A stretch of 64,000 nucleotides of DNA from an uncultured Bacteroidales bacterium (GCA_963732365.1 CAVSZC010000007.1:8625-72624), one strand, 5' to 3'. Positions 1-9,286 are shown, counted from the first letter of the stretch. A program made the numbers and translations. Notes: a model not told the origin generated them from the sequence alone.

Positions 1-1071
1 GAAAGTTGCTGTTAATTGTGTATCGAGATCAATCCGGTCAACAACAATAATGACAGTGGGGCTATCAAGATCCTGTTGTTTTCGGAGTTTCTGTGCTGCG
101 AACAGCATAAGCAAGGATTTTCCTGAACCCTGAAAATGCCAGATCAGACCCTTTTTTATTTTTCCTTCTCTTACCCGTTCAACTATTGCATTTGCTCCTT
201 CATATTGTTGATAGCGGCAAACTATTTTTATCTTTTTCTTTTTGGAACTCGTGGCATAAACAGTGAAATGCTGGATAATATCGAGCAGAGTTGATGGTCT
301 AAGCAGATGTGTCAGTTGTTTGGCTACATCATTTAACCCCAGGAAATGACTCATTTCATCTTTCTCGTCCTCCAATCGCCAAGGAGCCCAGAACTCAAGA
401 GGTGTCCGAACACCTCCGATGAATATCTCCTTCCCCTCTGATGCAAATGAAAAGACATTAGGTACAAAGAGCTGTGGAACAGCATTCTCATAAATCTCAT
501 GGATATCATAAGCACCATCAAACCAACTAATGGCAGGACGAACCGGTGTTTTTAACTCGCCAATAACCAATGGGATACCGTTAACAAACATTACGATATC
601 GGGTATTTTTGTCTCCCTGGTTCTGATCTTGAACTGATTTGTAAGAACAAAACTGTTATTCTTTATTTCTTCAAAATCAATAAGCTTAATTGGAACATGC
701 TGATTGTTTTTACCAAAAGGCAAAGACATTTCACCTCTTATCCACTTCGAAAACTCCTCATTTGCACGAACTAAACCTACATTACCAACAGTGATAATGA
801 TTGCCCTGAGCTTATGGATTACCTCCTCTGCTCTGTCAGGCTGAGAAGCAATATCGGGATTTATTCTGTAAAGGGATTCTTTTAATTCCTTCTCCAGGAG
901 TACATCCGTAAGTTCACGCTGCAATATTTCAGGTTGAACATATCGCCATCTTACAGAACCATAATCAACAAGCTCTTCTGAAACTAAATTGTTCTGAACA
1001 GCATTCAGATTTACGCCTGTAAGTTGGTGAATGACAAAATTCTCAATACTATTTTGTTCAGTGAATGTCAT
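1..1071 (-). CDS. hsdR: Type I restriction enzyme R subunit (HsdR), N-terminal part; the gene runs off the left edge
   Basis: Absent from the ORF track because it is truncated. My minus-strand translation from the ATG at 1071..1069 gives MTFTEQNSIENFVIHQL... and reaches the edge with GLIWHFQGSGKSLLMLFAAQKLRKQQDL..VVDRIDLDTQL, the SF2 motif I context typical of HsdR. The start overlaps the hsdS stop (TAATG). Confidence 0.85.
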   Translation of the reverse strand, partial: MTFTEQNSIENFVIHQLTGVNLNAVQNNLVSEELVDYGSVRWRYVQPEILQRELTDVLLEKELKESLYRINPDIASQPDRAEEVIHKLRAIIITVGNVGLVRANEEFSKWIRGEMSLPFGKNNQHVPIKLIDFEEIKNNSFVLTNQFKIRTRETKIPDIVMFVNGIPLVIGELKTPVRPAISWFDGAYDIHEIYENAVPQLFVPNVFSFASEGKEIFIGGVRTPLEFWAPWRLEDEKDEMSHFLGLNDVAKQLTHLLRPSTLLDIIQHFTVYATSSKKKKIKIVCRYQQYEGANAIVERVREGKIKKGLIWHFQGSGKSLLMLFAAQKLRKQQDLDSPTVIIVVDRIDLDTQLTATF

Positions 1072-2249
1072 TATCCTAATATTTCGTTCAACAATTTTTG
1101 TTTCAGATTCCTTAAAGTTGTTTTTTGTTGTTTTAGTTGGTTAATTGTTGTGTTCAAAAGTTGCAAAACTTCCAACATTTTTTCCTGGGTCTTTAAATCA
1201 GGAATGGAAACTTCCAAATCAGCCAAATCTTTCCATTTAGTTCTTGGTGATAAAGAACCTGCTGAAGTACTGACTGCATGTTGAATAAATGCATCTGTTG
1301 AAATATAGTAAGGCAATAAACCTTGTAACATCTTATTGGCTTTTGCTCTGATTACCAAAATATCACCTGAACAAATGCCATCAAAATCGGCAACGGCAAT
1401 TTTCTTTAAATAAGCTCTGCGTTTGCCAAATAAGACATCACCTTTTGCAAAGCGTTTTGAAAAAGTAGTTCCACTAGCAATTTCTCCCCAACCTTGCAAA
1501 AGAAAATTATCGGCTTCTATAAATTCTAAACCAACAAAGCGCTCAACTTCTTTTTCGTGTTCGGGAAATTTTTTATCACACTCTGCTATTTCTCTAAAAG
1601 TTGTTGGTGTACAATTATTGCTATTCAATAAATTTCCAAACAAAGGTTTTTTGCTCAACAAACCATTGATTAAAGATTTTTGCACAACTTTGAAATTCTT
1701 CTCTTGGTCCTCCACCTGTTCAGTAGCTGTTTCTATTGTTTGAAAAAGTACAGCAATCTGCTTTTGCTCTTCAAATGAGGGAAGGGGTATTTCATAATTA
1801 AATACAAAATCTTTCATTAGACGCTTCCTACCAGTCGTTCCAATCATCATTAACTTTCCTCTTTCAATAAATGTATTACTTGAAATTATTGAATAGAGTA
1901 AGTAGGGATCAATTTTTACCCCCCTTAAAACAAAAAACTCAGTGGAGCCAAATCCAATGTCGTTTGACATATTATTAACTAGTCCACTTTTACCATTTTC
2001 AAAACATGGTGTCATTTTTGCAAGGAGAACATCATTGTTCTTAAAATAGCTTAATCCACTCTTTCTTAGTTCTTTAATTGTTTTTATTTGTGAATATTTG
2101 AACTTTGAACTTCTCACATTTAAATCTGCCATTTCTGCAAATGAAACCAGAGTCTCGTCTGACACACTTGCAATCTCTTTTTTGGAAGGATCTATTTCAC
2201 AAACCGTTCCCAAATTGACTTTTTCCCATTTATCTTTCCCCAACTTCAT
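1071..2249 (-). CDS. hsdS: Type I restriction-modification specificity subunit (HsdS)
   Basis: 392 aa with two half-repeats, each ending in the conserved HsdS helix motif (IPLPSFEEQKQIAVLF and SIPDLKTQEKMLEVLQ). It sits between hsdM and hsdR with overlapping stop/start codons. Confidence 0.85.
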   Translation of the reverse strand: MKLGKDKWEKVNLGTVCEIDPSKKEIASVSDETLVSFAEMADLNVRSSKFKYSQIKTIKELRKSGLSYFKNNDVLLAKMTPCFENGKSGLVNNMSNDIGFGSTEFFVLRGVKIDPYLLYSIISSNTFIERGKLMMIGTTGRKRLMKDFVFNYEIPLPSFEEQKQIAVLFQTIETATEQVEDQEKNFKVVQKSLINGLLSKKPLFGNLLNSNNCTPTTFREIAECDKKFPEHEKEVERFVGLEFIEADNFLLQGWGEIASGTTFSKRFAKGDVLFGKRRAYLKKIAVADFDGICSGDILVIRAKANKMLQGLLPYYISTDAFIQHAVSTSAGSLSPRTKWKDLADLEVSIPDLKTQEKMLEVLQLLNTTINQLKQQKTTLRNLKQKLLNEILG

Positions 2250-3721
2250 ATTTCTATCCCTATATCTTTAAGTTGGGTAAATAATTCGTCCATTGTTGCA
2301 TTAATTTGTTTCTGATTGGATTTAATATTAGCAATCAAGTCTTCTGTTTTATCATCATTGTTATTAGCAGTCTGTTTCACATACAATTGAAAACTTAGGT
2401 TACCGTTATTCTCCAACACTTCATTATTACTCATAACCTTGGCAAATCCCTCAGAATCTTTATACTTCCAATAGGCTTCACTAATCTTTTTAATATGTTT
2501 TGGTTCAAGCCATGCATTGGTGCGTTCAATCCTCAATTCTTCTTTCGCATCAATAAAAATAATTTTACCTTTTCGGTCATCTGGTTTTTTCATCCTGCAA
2601 ACAAGTAAGCAACTTTCCATGCTACTGTTGTAAAAGAGATTCTTACCCAGACCAATCACCGCATCAACATAATCCTTTTCTATCATCTTCCTGCGGATGT
2701 CACTTTCAGCATCTCTGAATAATACTCCATGAGGCCACAATACTACACACCGTCCGGTCTTTTCGTTGAGACTTTTCATAATATGTTGTTGGAATGCATA
2801 ATCGGCGCACCCTTGAGGTGGCGTTCCCCAAATGTTTCTTCCGAATGGATCACTCATCCACTTTTCACGGTTCCATTTCTTTACACTGTACGGTGGGTTG
2901 GCCATTATGACATCGAACTGCCTCAGTTCATCATCCTCAAGTATCTGTGGAGAATCCAAAGTGTCTCCTTGGACAATTAGAAATTCATCAACATTATGCA
3001 TGAACATGTTTATGCGGGCAATGGCTGAGGTAATAAGGTTAAGCTCCTGTCCATATAGTTTTAATGTCCGATATTCCTTCCCCTGTTCTTTTACATGCAG
3101 AGCACTGCTCAGTAGAATACCACCACTTCCACATGTCGGATCGTAAATACTTTCACCTGGTTGAGGATCGGTAATTTGCGTCATCAACTTAACCACAGTA
3201 CGGTTTGTATAAAACTCAGCGGCAGTATGACCACTGTCATCTGCAAATTTTTTAATCAGGTATTCATAACCTTCACCCATCAGGTCGTGAGGTACTTCAC
3301 CAACCGATAACCTCATCTGGCTAAAGTGCTCAATCAGGTCGAGCATCTTTTCATCGCTCATTCTCCGTTTATTTGTCCACTGGGCGTCTCCAAACACATC
3401 ATGCAGCATTTCAAAATTGGCCTTTTCAATTTCTGTCAATGCATTTTGGAGGGCAGCTCCCACATCAATGGTTTTCTTGCGTATATCGTCCCAGTGACAT
3501 CCTTTTGGAATCTGAAACCGATGGTTTTCTGCAAATTCAGCATAACTTAAATCGTTTCCACTCTCTTCGAGAGCTAATTTGTATTCTTCGTCCCACAAGT
3601 CACTAACACGCTTAAAGAAAAGAAGAGGGAATATGTATTGTTTAAAATCAGCGGCATCGATCATCCCTCTGAGTATATTGGCAGCTCCCCATAGATAATC
3701 TTCAAGTTCTTTTTGAGTCAT
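2246..3721 (-). CDS. hsdM: Type I R-M N6-adenine DNA methyltransferase subunit (HsdM)
   Basis: 491 aa. AdoMet motif DPTCGSGG, catalytic NPPY (IMANPPYSVKKW), and an HsdM N-terminal domain (LWGAANILRG). ATGA overlap with hsdS. Confidence 0.9.
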   Translation of the reverse strand: MTQKELEDYLWGAANILRGMIDAADFKQYIFPLLFFKRVSDLWDEEYKLALEESGNDLSYAEFAENHRFQIPKGCHWDDIRKKTIDVGAALQNALTEIEKANFEMLHDVFGDAQWTNKRRMSDEKMLDLIEHFSQMRLSVGEVPHDLMGEGYEYLIKKFADDSGHTAAEFYTNRTVVKLMTQITDPQPGESIYDPTCGSGGILLSSALHVKEQGKEYRTLKLYGQELNLITSAIARINMFMHNVDEFLIVQGDTLDSPQILEDDELRQFDVIMANPPYSVKKWNREKWMSDPFGRNIWGTPPQGCADYAFQQHIMKSLNEKTGRCVVLWPHGVLFRDAESDIRRKMIEKDYVDAVIGLGKNLFYNSSMESCLLVCRMKKPDDRKGKIIFIDAKEELRIERTNAWLEPKHIKKISEAYWKYKDSEGFAKVMSNNEVLENNGNLSFQLYVKQTANNNDDKTEDLIANIKSNQKQINATMDELFTQLKDIGIEI

Positions 3722-3790
3722 AATATGATAAAATCAGTAGAAACTATATTCGATTCCGAAAAATCCTGCGTAAGTTACATAAATCCCGCC

Positions 3791-3828
3791 GAGAAAAGAA
3801 AGAGATAATAGGCAGCTCGCTAATAACC
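3791..3828 (+). repeat. Left copy of an imperfect direct repeat bracketing the 5.3 kb orphan-gene plus nuclease-helicase module
   Basis: GAGAAAAGAAAGAGATAATAGGCAGCTCGCTAATAACC. It shares the exact 11-mer CGCTAATAACC (3818-3828) and a purine-rich GAGAAAGA..AGG lead-in with 9151-9177. Confidence 0.35.
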
Positions 3829-3992
3829 CTTGGGAGCAGTAAAAATTGGCGGAAATATCTTTTTGTCACTTTGCATAGTCCAACTTTTAAGCCTTTTTCC
3901 TGAAATTTCAAGACCCAACATAGGACGGATCATTGTGTTTTACTTTTTTAGGAATAGCCATAGGGCACCAGAGGAATTACGGCAGTCGTAAT

Positions 3993-4607
3993 TTAAAAGA
4001 GATTTTTATTGGTTCCCGAATAAGTAAGGAATAACCGTTCAGAGTTAAATCGGGCTATGGGATTAGTTCTAGCCAGCAACTCATACCCATACAGTAATTT
4101 TTGGAACAAGATATCAATCGGCTCGTTCAAGTGTTTTGAGATGATCGATGCAAATCTCTCATTTGATTGATTTATCATATCCCAATCTATATCTTCAAAA
4201 CAGTATGAGCATGCTTCTCTGACCTCGCTGATGAACATCCCGGTACTCAGACCTGATAGACTATGTTTTTGAACGAATTTACCTGCGTAGCACCATATAA
4301 AAATGCAATTTATTTTGCTCTTTAGCGGTAAAACCATCGAATCATCAATAATGTATAATCCAGCATCAGGGAACTGCCCCGGGTTCAATAATCCAAAAGG
4401 AGATCCATGCCCGAGCATTAGTATCCTATCATGGGCTTTAATGAGTTCCAGTAATTCCGATTTTGTGTTACCACCTCTAATGACAGTTTTGTTTTTAAGG
4501 TTTGCATAGATTGGAGCAAGGAAGGTGGTGGTAGGATCTTCAGGATGAACAATAAGAGTTTTCATGATTGGGCTAATGTAAAGCCAAAAATTGGTTATGC
4601 CCAACAT
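3993..4607 (-). CDS. Orphan hypothetical protein; possible minimal caspase-fold (clan CD-like) His/Cys protein
   Basis: ORF of 204 aa. The more plausible start is MKTLIVHPEDP at 4565 (190 aa). Hydrophobic strand plus GHG (RILMLGHGSPFG), followed about 39 aa later by hydrophobic strand plus Cys (NCIFIWCYAGKF). I recognise no known family. Confidence 0.55.
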   Translation of the reverse strand: MLGITNFWLYISPIMKTLIVHPEDPTTTFLAPIYANLKNKTVIRGGNTKSELLELIKAHDRILMLGHGSPFGLLNPGQFPDAGLYIIDDSMVLPLKSKINCIFIWCYAGKFVQKHSLSGLSTGMFISEVREACSYCFEDIDWDMINQSNERFASIISKHLNEPIDILFQKLLYGYELLARTNPIARFNSERLFLTYSGTNKNLF

Positions 4608-4705
4608 TATCAGAGCCAGATTTTACGGGCCATATAGACATTTTGACAATATTGATGATTTCGGAGATTAAAACCGTCTATGGGTTATTAAAATTGAACC
4701 AGACC

Positions 4706-4719
4706 TGTCAAATTTGACA
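4706..4719. promoter_or_regulatory. Perfect 14-bp palindrome TGTCAAATTTGACA in the divergent intergenic region
   Basis: Read directly from the sequence. It lies between the divergently oriented orphan gene (minus) and the nuclease gene (plus), so it is a candidate operator. Confidence 0.2.
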
Positions 4720-5088
4720 CTGGAGACACGATCACAATAAAGCTTGGGGTTTTATCATCCAGAGGAATTCATCGATCTGGGCTTGCTAAATTGACGATAA
4801 TTGAAGAATCCGTCATTCTTTGACCACTTCAAAAGAAGGTTTGAAAACAATTTGCATTCATAAAGAAACAATAAGGATATAAATTTTGTGGAAAGTTTGA
4901 ATTTGCAGGAACAAAAAAAACCTATGACACCATAGCAAATTTACCTTCATCTGAGACAAATCATTTATTCCATCAAAGTCTGGATTCTTACAATTAGGTT
5001 TGAGGAATATATTCTTGATTAAGAATTTCTTTTACCTTTAGTAATTGGTTCTTGACTGCCAGATAATCAGAATCAAGAAGAAGTATCT

Positions 5089-5976
5089 GTGACTGACAGT
5101 CCTCTGCTTTATAAGGTTGTGATATTTAATAAACACTTTTATCGTATTTTTAAAAATATTTTCAAAAAAGTGAAGATTGAATTCCAGACTATTGAATCAC
5201 CGTCTAGAGGGTACACTGGACTTAACCTTGAATTGGAAGAATGCCAGTCCCATCTGATTCATGAAGTCAAAAATAATTTATTGGATAGGGAGGAGTGGAA
5301 TAATACTCTTGAGAGTTTACGGACCTTAAGGGCTGAAACGGGGTTTGATGTTAGTGCGGAGTTATTAGCAGACATACAATCATTTTCAGAAGAAAAAATT
5401 GAAACCCAACAATTCAGAATAGGAGAAGCCTTTGCTGAAGTAATCCTTGAACAAGAGTTTTCCTGTCGATTCCACTGGAATGAAAATCGAGACGCAAGAA
5501 ATCCTAAAGGGAATAAAACAGGAGCTGATTTGGTTGGATTTATTGAGGTCAATGGACAAGTTTTGTTTTTATTTGGAGAAGTTAAAACTTCTTCTGAAAC
5601 AGCGAATAGGCCACCGCAAGTAATGACTACAAGGTATAAAAGCATTGAAAGTCAACTTAGAAGTTTACACGATGACATCAGAAAACGAAGAATATTAATC
5701 AGTTATCTTCAAAATAAAGCTAGACATTATCCTTCAGGTCATGCATTTTTTGAAGATTTTGAAGCAGGAAAAAGAGCTTATTATTCCGGAGAATGTAGGT
5801 TTCATCTTTTTGGTGTACTTATAAGAGATGTTTCACCAGATGAAAGGGATGTTTCAGTTAGCTACAACAGATTACGGACACAAATCTTAGAACCGAAAGG
5901 CTTAAAATTATTGGCTCTGTACCTTCCCATTCAGAAAAAAGATTGGTTGACTATCATTAATGAGGAACAAAAATGA
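5089..5976 (+). CDS. PD-(D/E)xK-like nuclease candidate (HamA-like position in a Hachiman-like pair)
   Basis: 295 aa from a GTG start; the start is uncertain, with an alternative GTG at 5170. Signature GADLVGFIEVNGQVLFLFGEVKTS = D-x16-E-x-K. The stop overlaps the helicase start (ATGA at 5973-5976). Confidence 0.55.
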   Translation: MTDSPLLYKVVIFNKHFYRIFKNIFKKVKIEFQTIESPSRGYTGLNLELEECQSHLIHEVKNNLLDREEWNNTLESLRTLRAETGFDVSAELLADIQSFSEEKIETQQFRIGEAFAEVILEQEFSCRFHWNENRDARNPKGNKTGADLVGFIEVNGQVLFLFGEVKTSSETANRPPQVMTTRYKSIESQLRSLHDDIRKRRILISYLQNKARHYPSGHAFFEDFEAGKRAYYSGECRFHLFGVLIRDVSPDERDVSVSYNRLRTQILEPKGLKLLALYLPIQKKDWLTIINEEQK

Positions 5977-8900
5977 GCATTCAATCCAAATATCTCTACT
6001 TAGAACAAGTATATCCAGAGATACTTCAGGGTATTGGTACACTCATTCAGAAAGGTAAACTGTCAAGGCGTTTCGAAAACATTAATCTTACTAATGAAGA
6101 CTTTCAGCAATTAGAAAAGGCAAAAGAGCTCTGTGAACTGAAAATTGTTGAGCAATGGGAAAATAGAAGTAATAATGATATCAAAGGTTTATGTTCGACC
6201 TATTTTGATATCGCCTCATTGTTAATCAATGACTTGGATAATGAATATTTTGTTTTTGAGCAAATTAAATTAATAGCCTTCGGTTATTTAGGTGAGCATT
6301 GGCATTTTGTGAAACAATATCTTCGGAGTTATGATTTTGAATCCATTTCAGTTCCCTTAGCTTGGAATAAACGCTTACTGTATCTATCTTTCAAAGCACT
6401 TGCGGGAATGGTTGTCAAAGAAAGCTGGCACGAAATATCAAGATCTATTGAGTTAATAAATCAGTTACGAGACGAACAAAGAAATTTCGAGTTAAGTTTT
6501 CTGAACCAAGTCAATGAAGAAGGCAGACCATACGAGGCAGCTGAGCTGGTATCATTATACCATTTTGCTAAGACAATTGATGTTTTGGGTCAATATTTTA
6601 ATGAAGGTCGCCCTTTAGAACCAGAAACCCAAATTCACTATCATTTAAACCTTTCTAAGGAATTTGCTGAAAAATCTGGCAATATAAGTCTGATACTATT
6701 ATATCAGTTTTACGAGGCATTAGCTGTTAAAATGATTCGAAATACCATTTGGTATTCGACCAGAGGAGTAAATCATTGGGTAACGGAATTCAATCGTTTT
6801 ATTTCAGGGAAAGATAATAAAGGAGTATTTGAATTACTCTATCCACAAAGAGAATCTATTCGTGACCAGCAATTATTAAATCCAGCGCACAGGGCAATAG
6901 TGGTAAACTTACCGACATCAAGTGGAAAAACAATGATTGCGGAATACCGAATTTTACAAGCGTTGAATGATTTTAAACAAAGAGGAGGATGGGTCGCCTA
7001 TATAGTGCCAACAAAATCATTGGTTAACCAAATATTTATACAATTTAATAGGGATTTAGGAGGCATTGGATTACGCATTGAAAAGGCTAGTGGAGCAATT
7101 GAATTAGATGGTTTTGAGAAATATCTTGTCGAAGAACAGGGGAATAATACTTCGTTTGATGTATTAGTGACCACCTATGAAAAAATGAATCTACTCCTAA
7201 GACAGGGGCTTGGTACAACCAGAGATCGTCCATTAGTGCTTACCATAGTTGATGAGGCTCACAACATAGAACTAGAAGGGCGTGGACTATGCCTTGAACT
7301 TTTATTATCGACAATCAAGAACAACTGTGAGGAGGTCAATTTCATGCTGATGACCCCAGATATTTCTAATTCGAATGAAATCGTAGAATGGTTGGCTGGA
7401 GACAGGGGACATGTTATAAATTTACAATTAGATTGGTGGCAACCCAATGAAAGAGTAGTTGGTGCTATACAGGTGTCAGGGAGAGGTAATAATTATGATT
7501 TTGCTTTAAAAACACTACATACCGATAAAGGAGCATATATCATCGGAGATTCAATCCCCTTGAAAAATTTTGTAAATGCCCCAATTGCAAAATCTAGATT
7601 TTATGGGGCTAATGGATCTAAGAAACAAGTTGCTGCCCTATTATCAGCTGAATGCTTAGACATTAATCATCCTCAAATTGTACTGGCAAGACACCCAAAT
7701 GAAACTTACGATATTGCTGAGGTGCTTTATAATAAATCAAGGGCAGATTTTGCAGTGGACGAAGATGTCGAATTACTCAAGAAACTTATTGTTTCAGAGC
7801 TTGGAATAGATTTCCCTTTAGTTAGATACCTTGACAGGAGAATTGCAGTTCATAGTTCTGCATTGCCGGATGAAATTAGATTCTTGATTGAGGACTTAAT
7901 GATTTCTGGAAATAAGCTTCAGGCGTTGGTGGCAACAACAACTATTGCACAAGGCATTAACTTTCCAGTATCCTCAGTGATTATAGGTTCACACTATTAT
8001 CCAGGTATCCCCTCTGTTGAAATGCCAGTAAGAGATTTTTGGAACCTTGCGGGTAGAGTGGGCCGAGCAGGTCAACAAGAAATGGGATGGGTGGGTATTG
8101 CTCTGAAAAATGACGCCGATTTAAGCACTGTAGCTGAGTATGTTGCAAGGGCTTCCAGTGAATTAAATTCACAGTTGGTCAGTGCAATTATAAATGCTAT
8201 ACGATATGCGGATAAAGATTTAAATTTTTGGCTTTATATTGATGAAAGGTGGTCGGCTATTTTGCAATATATCTCTCACTTGAGAAAGCAAAATGAGCAG
8301 CAATCCGCCTTTATTGTGCAGCTGGAGCAAACGCTTCAGAGTACTTTTGGATTCCAGCAACTCTCTGACCAACAAAAAGTATTCTTTCGGGGGAAAATAA
8401 GAGATTATGCAAATACTTTAACTTTAGTCGAAGCAAGACAAGCTGACGCTACAGGCTTTTCTACTGTTTCAGTTAGACAAATGATTGGGAAACTTGCTAA
8501 TGCAGGTCTTTCTCCTAATGATTGGAATAAGGATCAATTGTTCTCTGAACAGAATCAAAGTATGCAAAAACTTATTGGTATTATGTTGGATACTTATGAG
8601 ATACGAAACTCGATGCAGGAGTTATGTGAGGGAGGCCAACCATTAGATAGGTCTAGTATTTCCAGAATGATAATTGACTGGGTAAATGGTCGTGATATCT
8701 CATTTATAGCTAATCAGTACTTTCCAAATGAAAACCGTCAAATATCTATTCAGAAAGCAACAAAAGCCTTATATAAAGTCATAGCACAGTCTGCCACATG
8801 GGGTTTTGCGGCCTTACAGCAATTACCAATGAGTGGTGTAGATTGGGAAAGTTTATCTGAGATCGACAAAAAACGAATGGCCAATTTACCTGCTTATTTG

Positions 8901-9152
8901 CATTACGGAGTAAATACGGATAGTGGTGTTTTAATGCGTAAAAATAATGTTCCTAGAAGTATAGCAAATCAATTAGGCGAACTGTACAATACATCGATAA
9001 AAGGGGAGATTTTTAGTCAACCTACATCAGCTGTTTCGGAATGGATTGGTCTTCAGTCAATTGAAATTTGGAACAAGGTTCTTCCAGCCGATTCAAACCT
9101 AAATGGTAATGAGTACAAGAGAATATGGATGAAATTAAACGGGATCGTATGA
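5973..9152 (+). CDS. Large SF2 DEAH-box helicase (Ski2/COG1204-like; HamB-like position)
   Basis: 1059 aa. Motif I NLPTSSGKT, Ia IVPTKSLVNQ, II IVDEAHNI, V/VI LVATTTIAQGINFP, VI AGRVGRAGQ. About 300 aa of N-terminal and 350 aa of C-terminal sequence carry no motifs I recognise. Confidence 0.8.
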   Translation: MSIQSKYLYLEQVYPEILQGIGTLIQKGKLSRRFENINLTNEDFQQLEKAKELCELKIVEQWENRSNNDIKGLCSTYFDIASLLINDLDNEYFVFEQIKLIAFGYLGEHWHFVKQYLRSYDFESISVPLAWNKRLLYLSFKALAGMVVKESWHEISRSIELINQLRDEQRNFELSFLNQVNEEGRPYEAAELVSLYHFAKTIDVLGQYFNEGRPLEPETQIHYHLNLSKEFAEKSGNISLILLYQFYEALAVKMIRNTIWYSTRGVNHWVTEFNRFISGKDNKGVFELLYPQRESIRDQQLLNPAHRAIVVNLPTSSGKTMIAEYRILQALNDFKQRGGWVAYIVPTKSLVNQIFIQFNRDLGGIGLRIEKASGAIELDGFEKYLVEEQGNNTSFDVLVTTYEKMNLLLRQGLGTTRDRPLVLTIVDEAHNIELEGRGLCLELLLSTIKNNCEEVNFMLMTPDISNSNEIVEWLAGDRGHVINLQLDWWQPNERVVGAIQVSGRGNNYDFALKTLHTDKGAYIIGDSIPLKNFVNAPIAKSRFYGANGSKKQVAALLSAECLDINHPQIVLARHPNETYDIAEVLYNKSRADFAVDEDVELLKKLIVSELGIDFPLVRYLDRRIAVHSSALPDEIRFLIEDLMISGNKLQALVATTTIAQGINFPVSSVIIGSHYYPGIPSVEMPVRDFWNLAGRVGRAGQQEMGWVGIALKNDADLSTVAEYVARASSELNSQLVSAIINAIRYADKDLNFWLYIDERWSAILQYISHLRKQNEQQSAFIVQLEQTLQSTFGFQQLSDQQKVFFRGKIRDYANTLTLVEARQADATGFSTVSVRQMIGKLANAGLSPNDWNKDQLFSEQNQSMQKLIGIMLDTYEIRNSMQELCEGGQPLDRSSISRMIIDWVNGRDISFIANQYFPNENRQISIQKATKALYKVIAQSATWGFAALQQLPMSGVDWESLSEIDKKRMANLPAYLHYGVNTDSGVLMRKNNVPRSIANQLGELYNTSIKGEIFSQPTSAVSEWIGLQSIEIWNKVLPADSNLNGNEYKRIWMKLNGIV

Positions 9153-9177
9153 GAAAGAGGTAGGGGCGCTAATAACC
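9151..9177 (+). repeat. Right copy of the imperfect direct repeat
   Basis: GAGAAAGAGGTAGGGGCGCTAATAACC, overlapping the last two bases of the helicase stop codon (TGA 9150-9152) and running downstream. Exact 11-mer CGCTAATAACC at 9167-9177. Confidence 0.35.
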
Positions 9178-9244
9178 AATGATTCTCAGGAGACCAATCC
9201 ATCAAAAAACAACCATTACCTAGCACAAACCTAGCACAAAATGA

Positions 9245-9277
9245 GAAACACCTACACATCATCCGTGTAAGTGTTTC
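9245..9277. terminator. Hairpin between the convergent helicase gene and tRNA-Met (probably a bidirectional terminator)
   Basis: GAAACACCTACAC / GTGTAAGTGTTTC: 12 of 13 positions pair, with a 7-nt loop. T-rich sequence follows on both strands (ATTTT on plus, TCATTTTGT on minus). Confidence 0.5.
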
Positions 9278-9286
9278 ATTTTCAAG

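Larger units (their letters stand above)
1..9286. other. AT-rich defence island abutting the 3' end of tRNA-Met (left boundary outside the window)
   Basis: By eye there is an abrupt composition change at about 9.3-9.5 kb. The content is exclusively R-M and defence-type genes, next to a tRNA 3' end. Confidence 0.55.
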
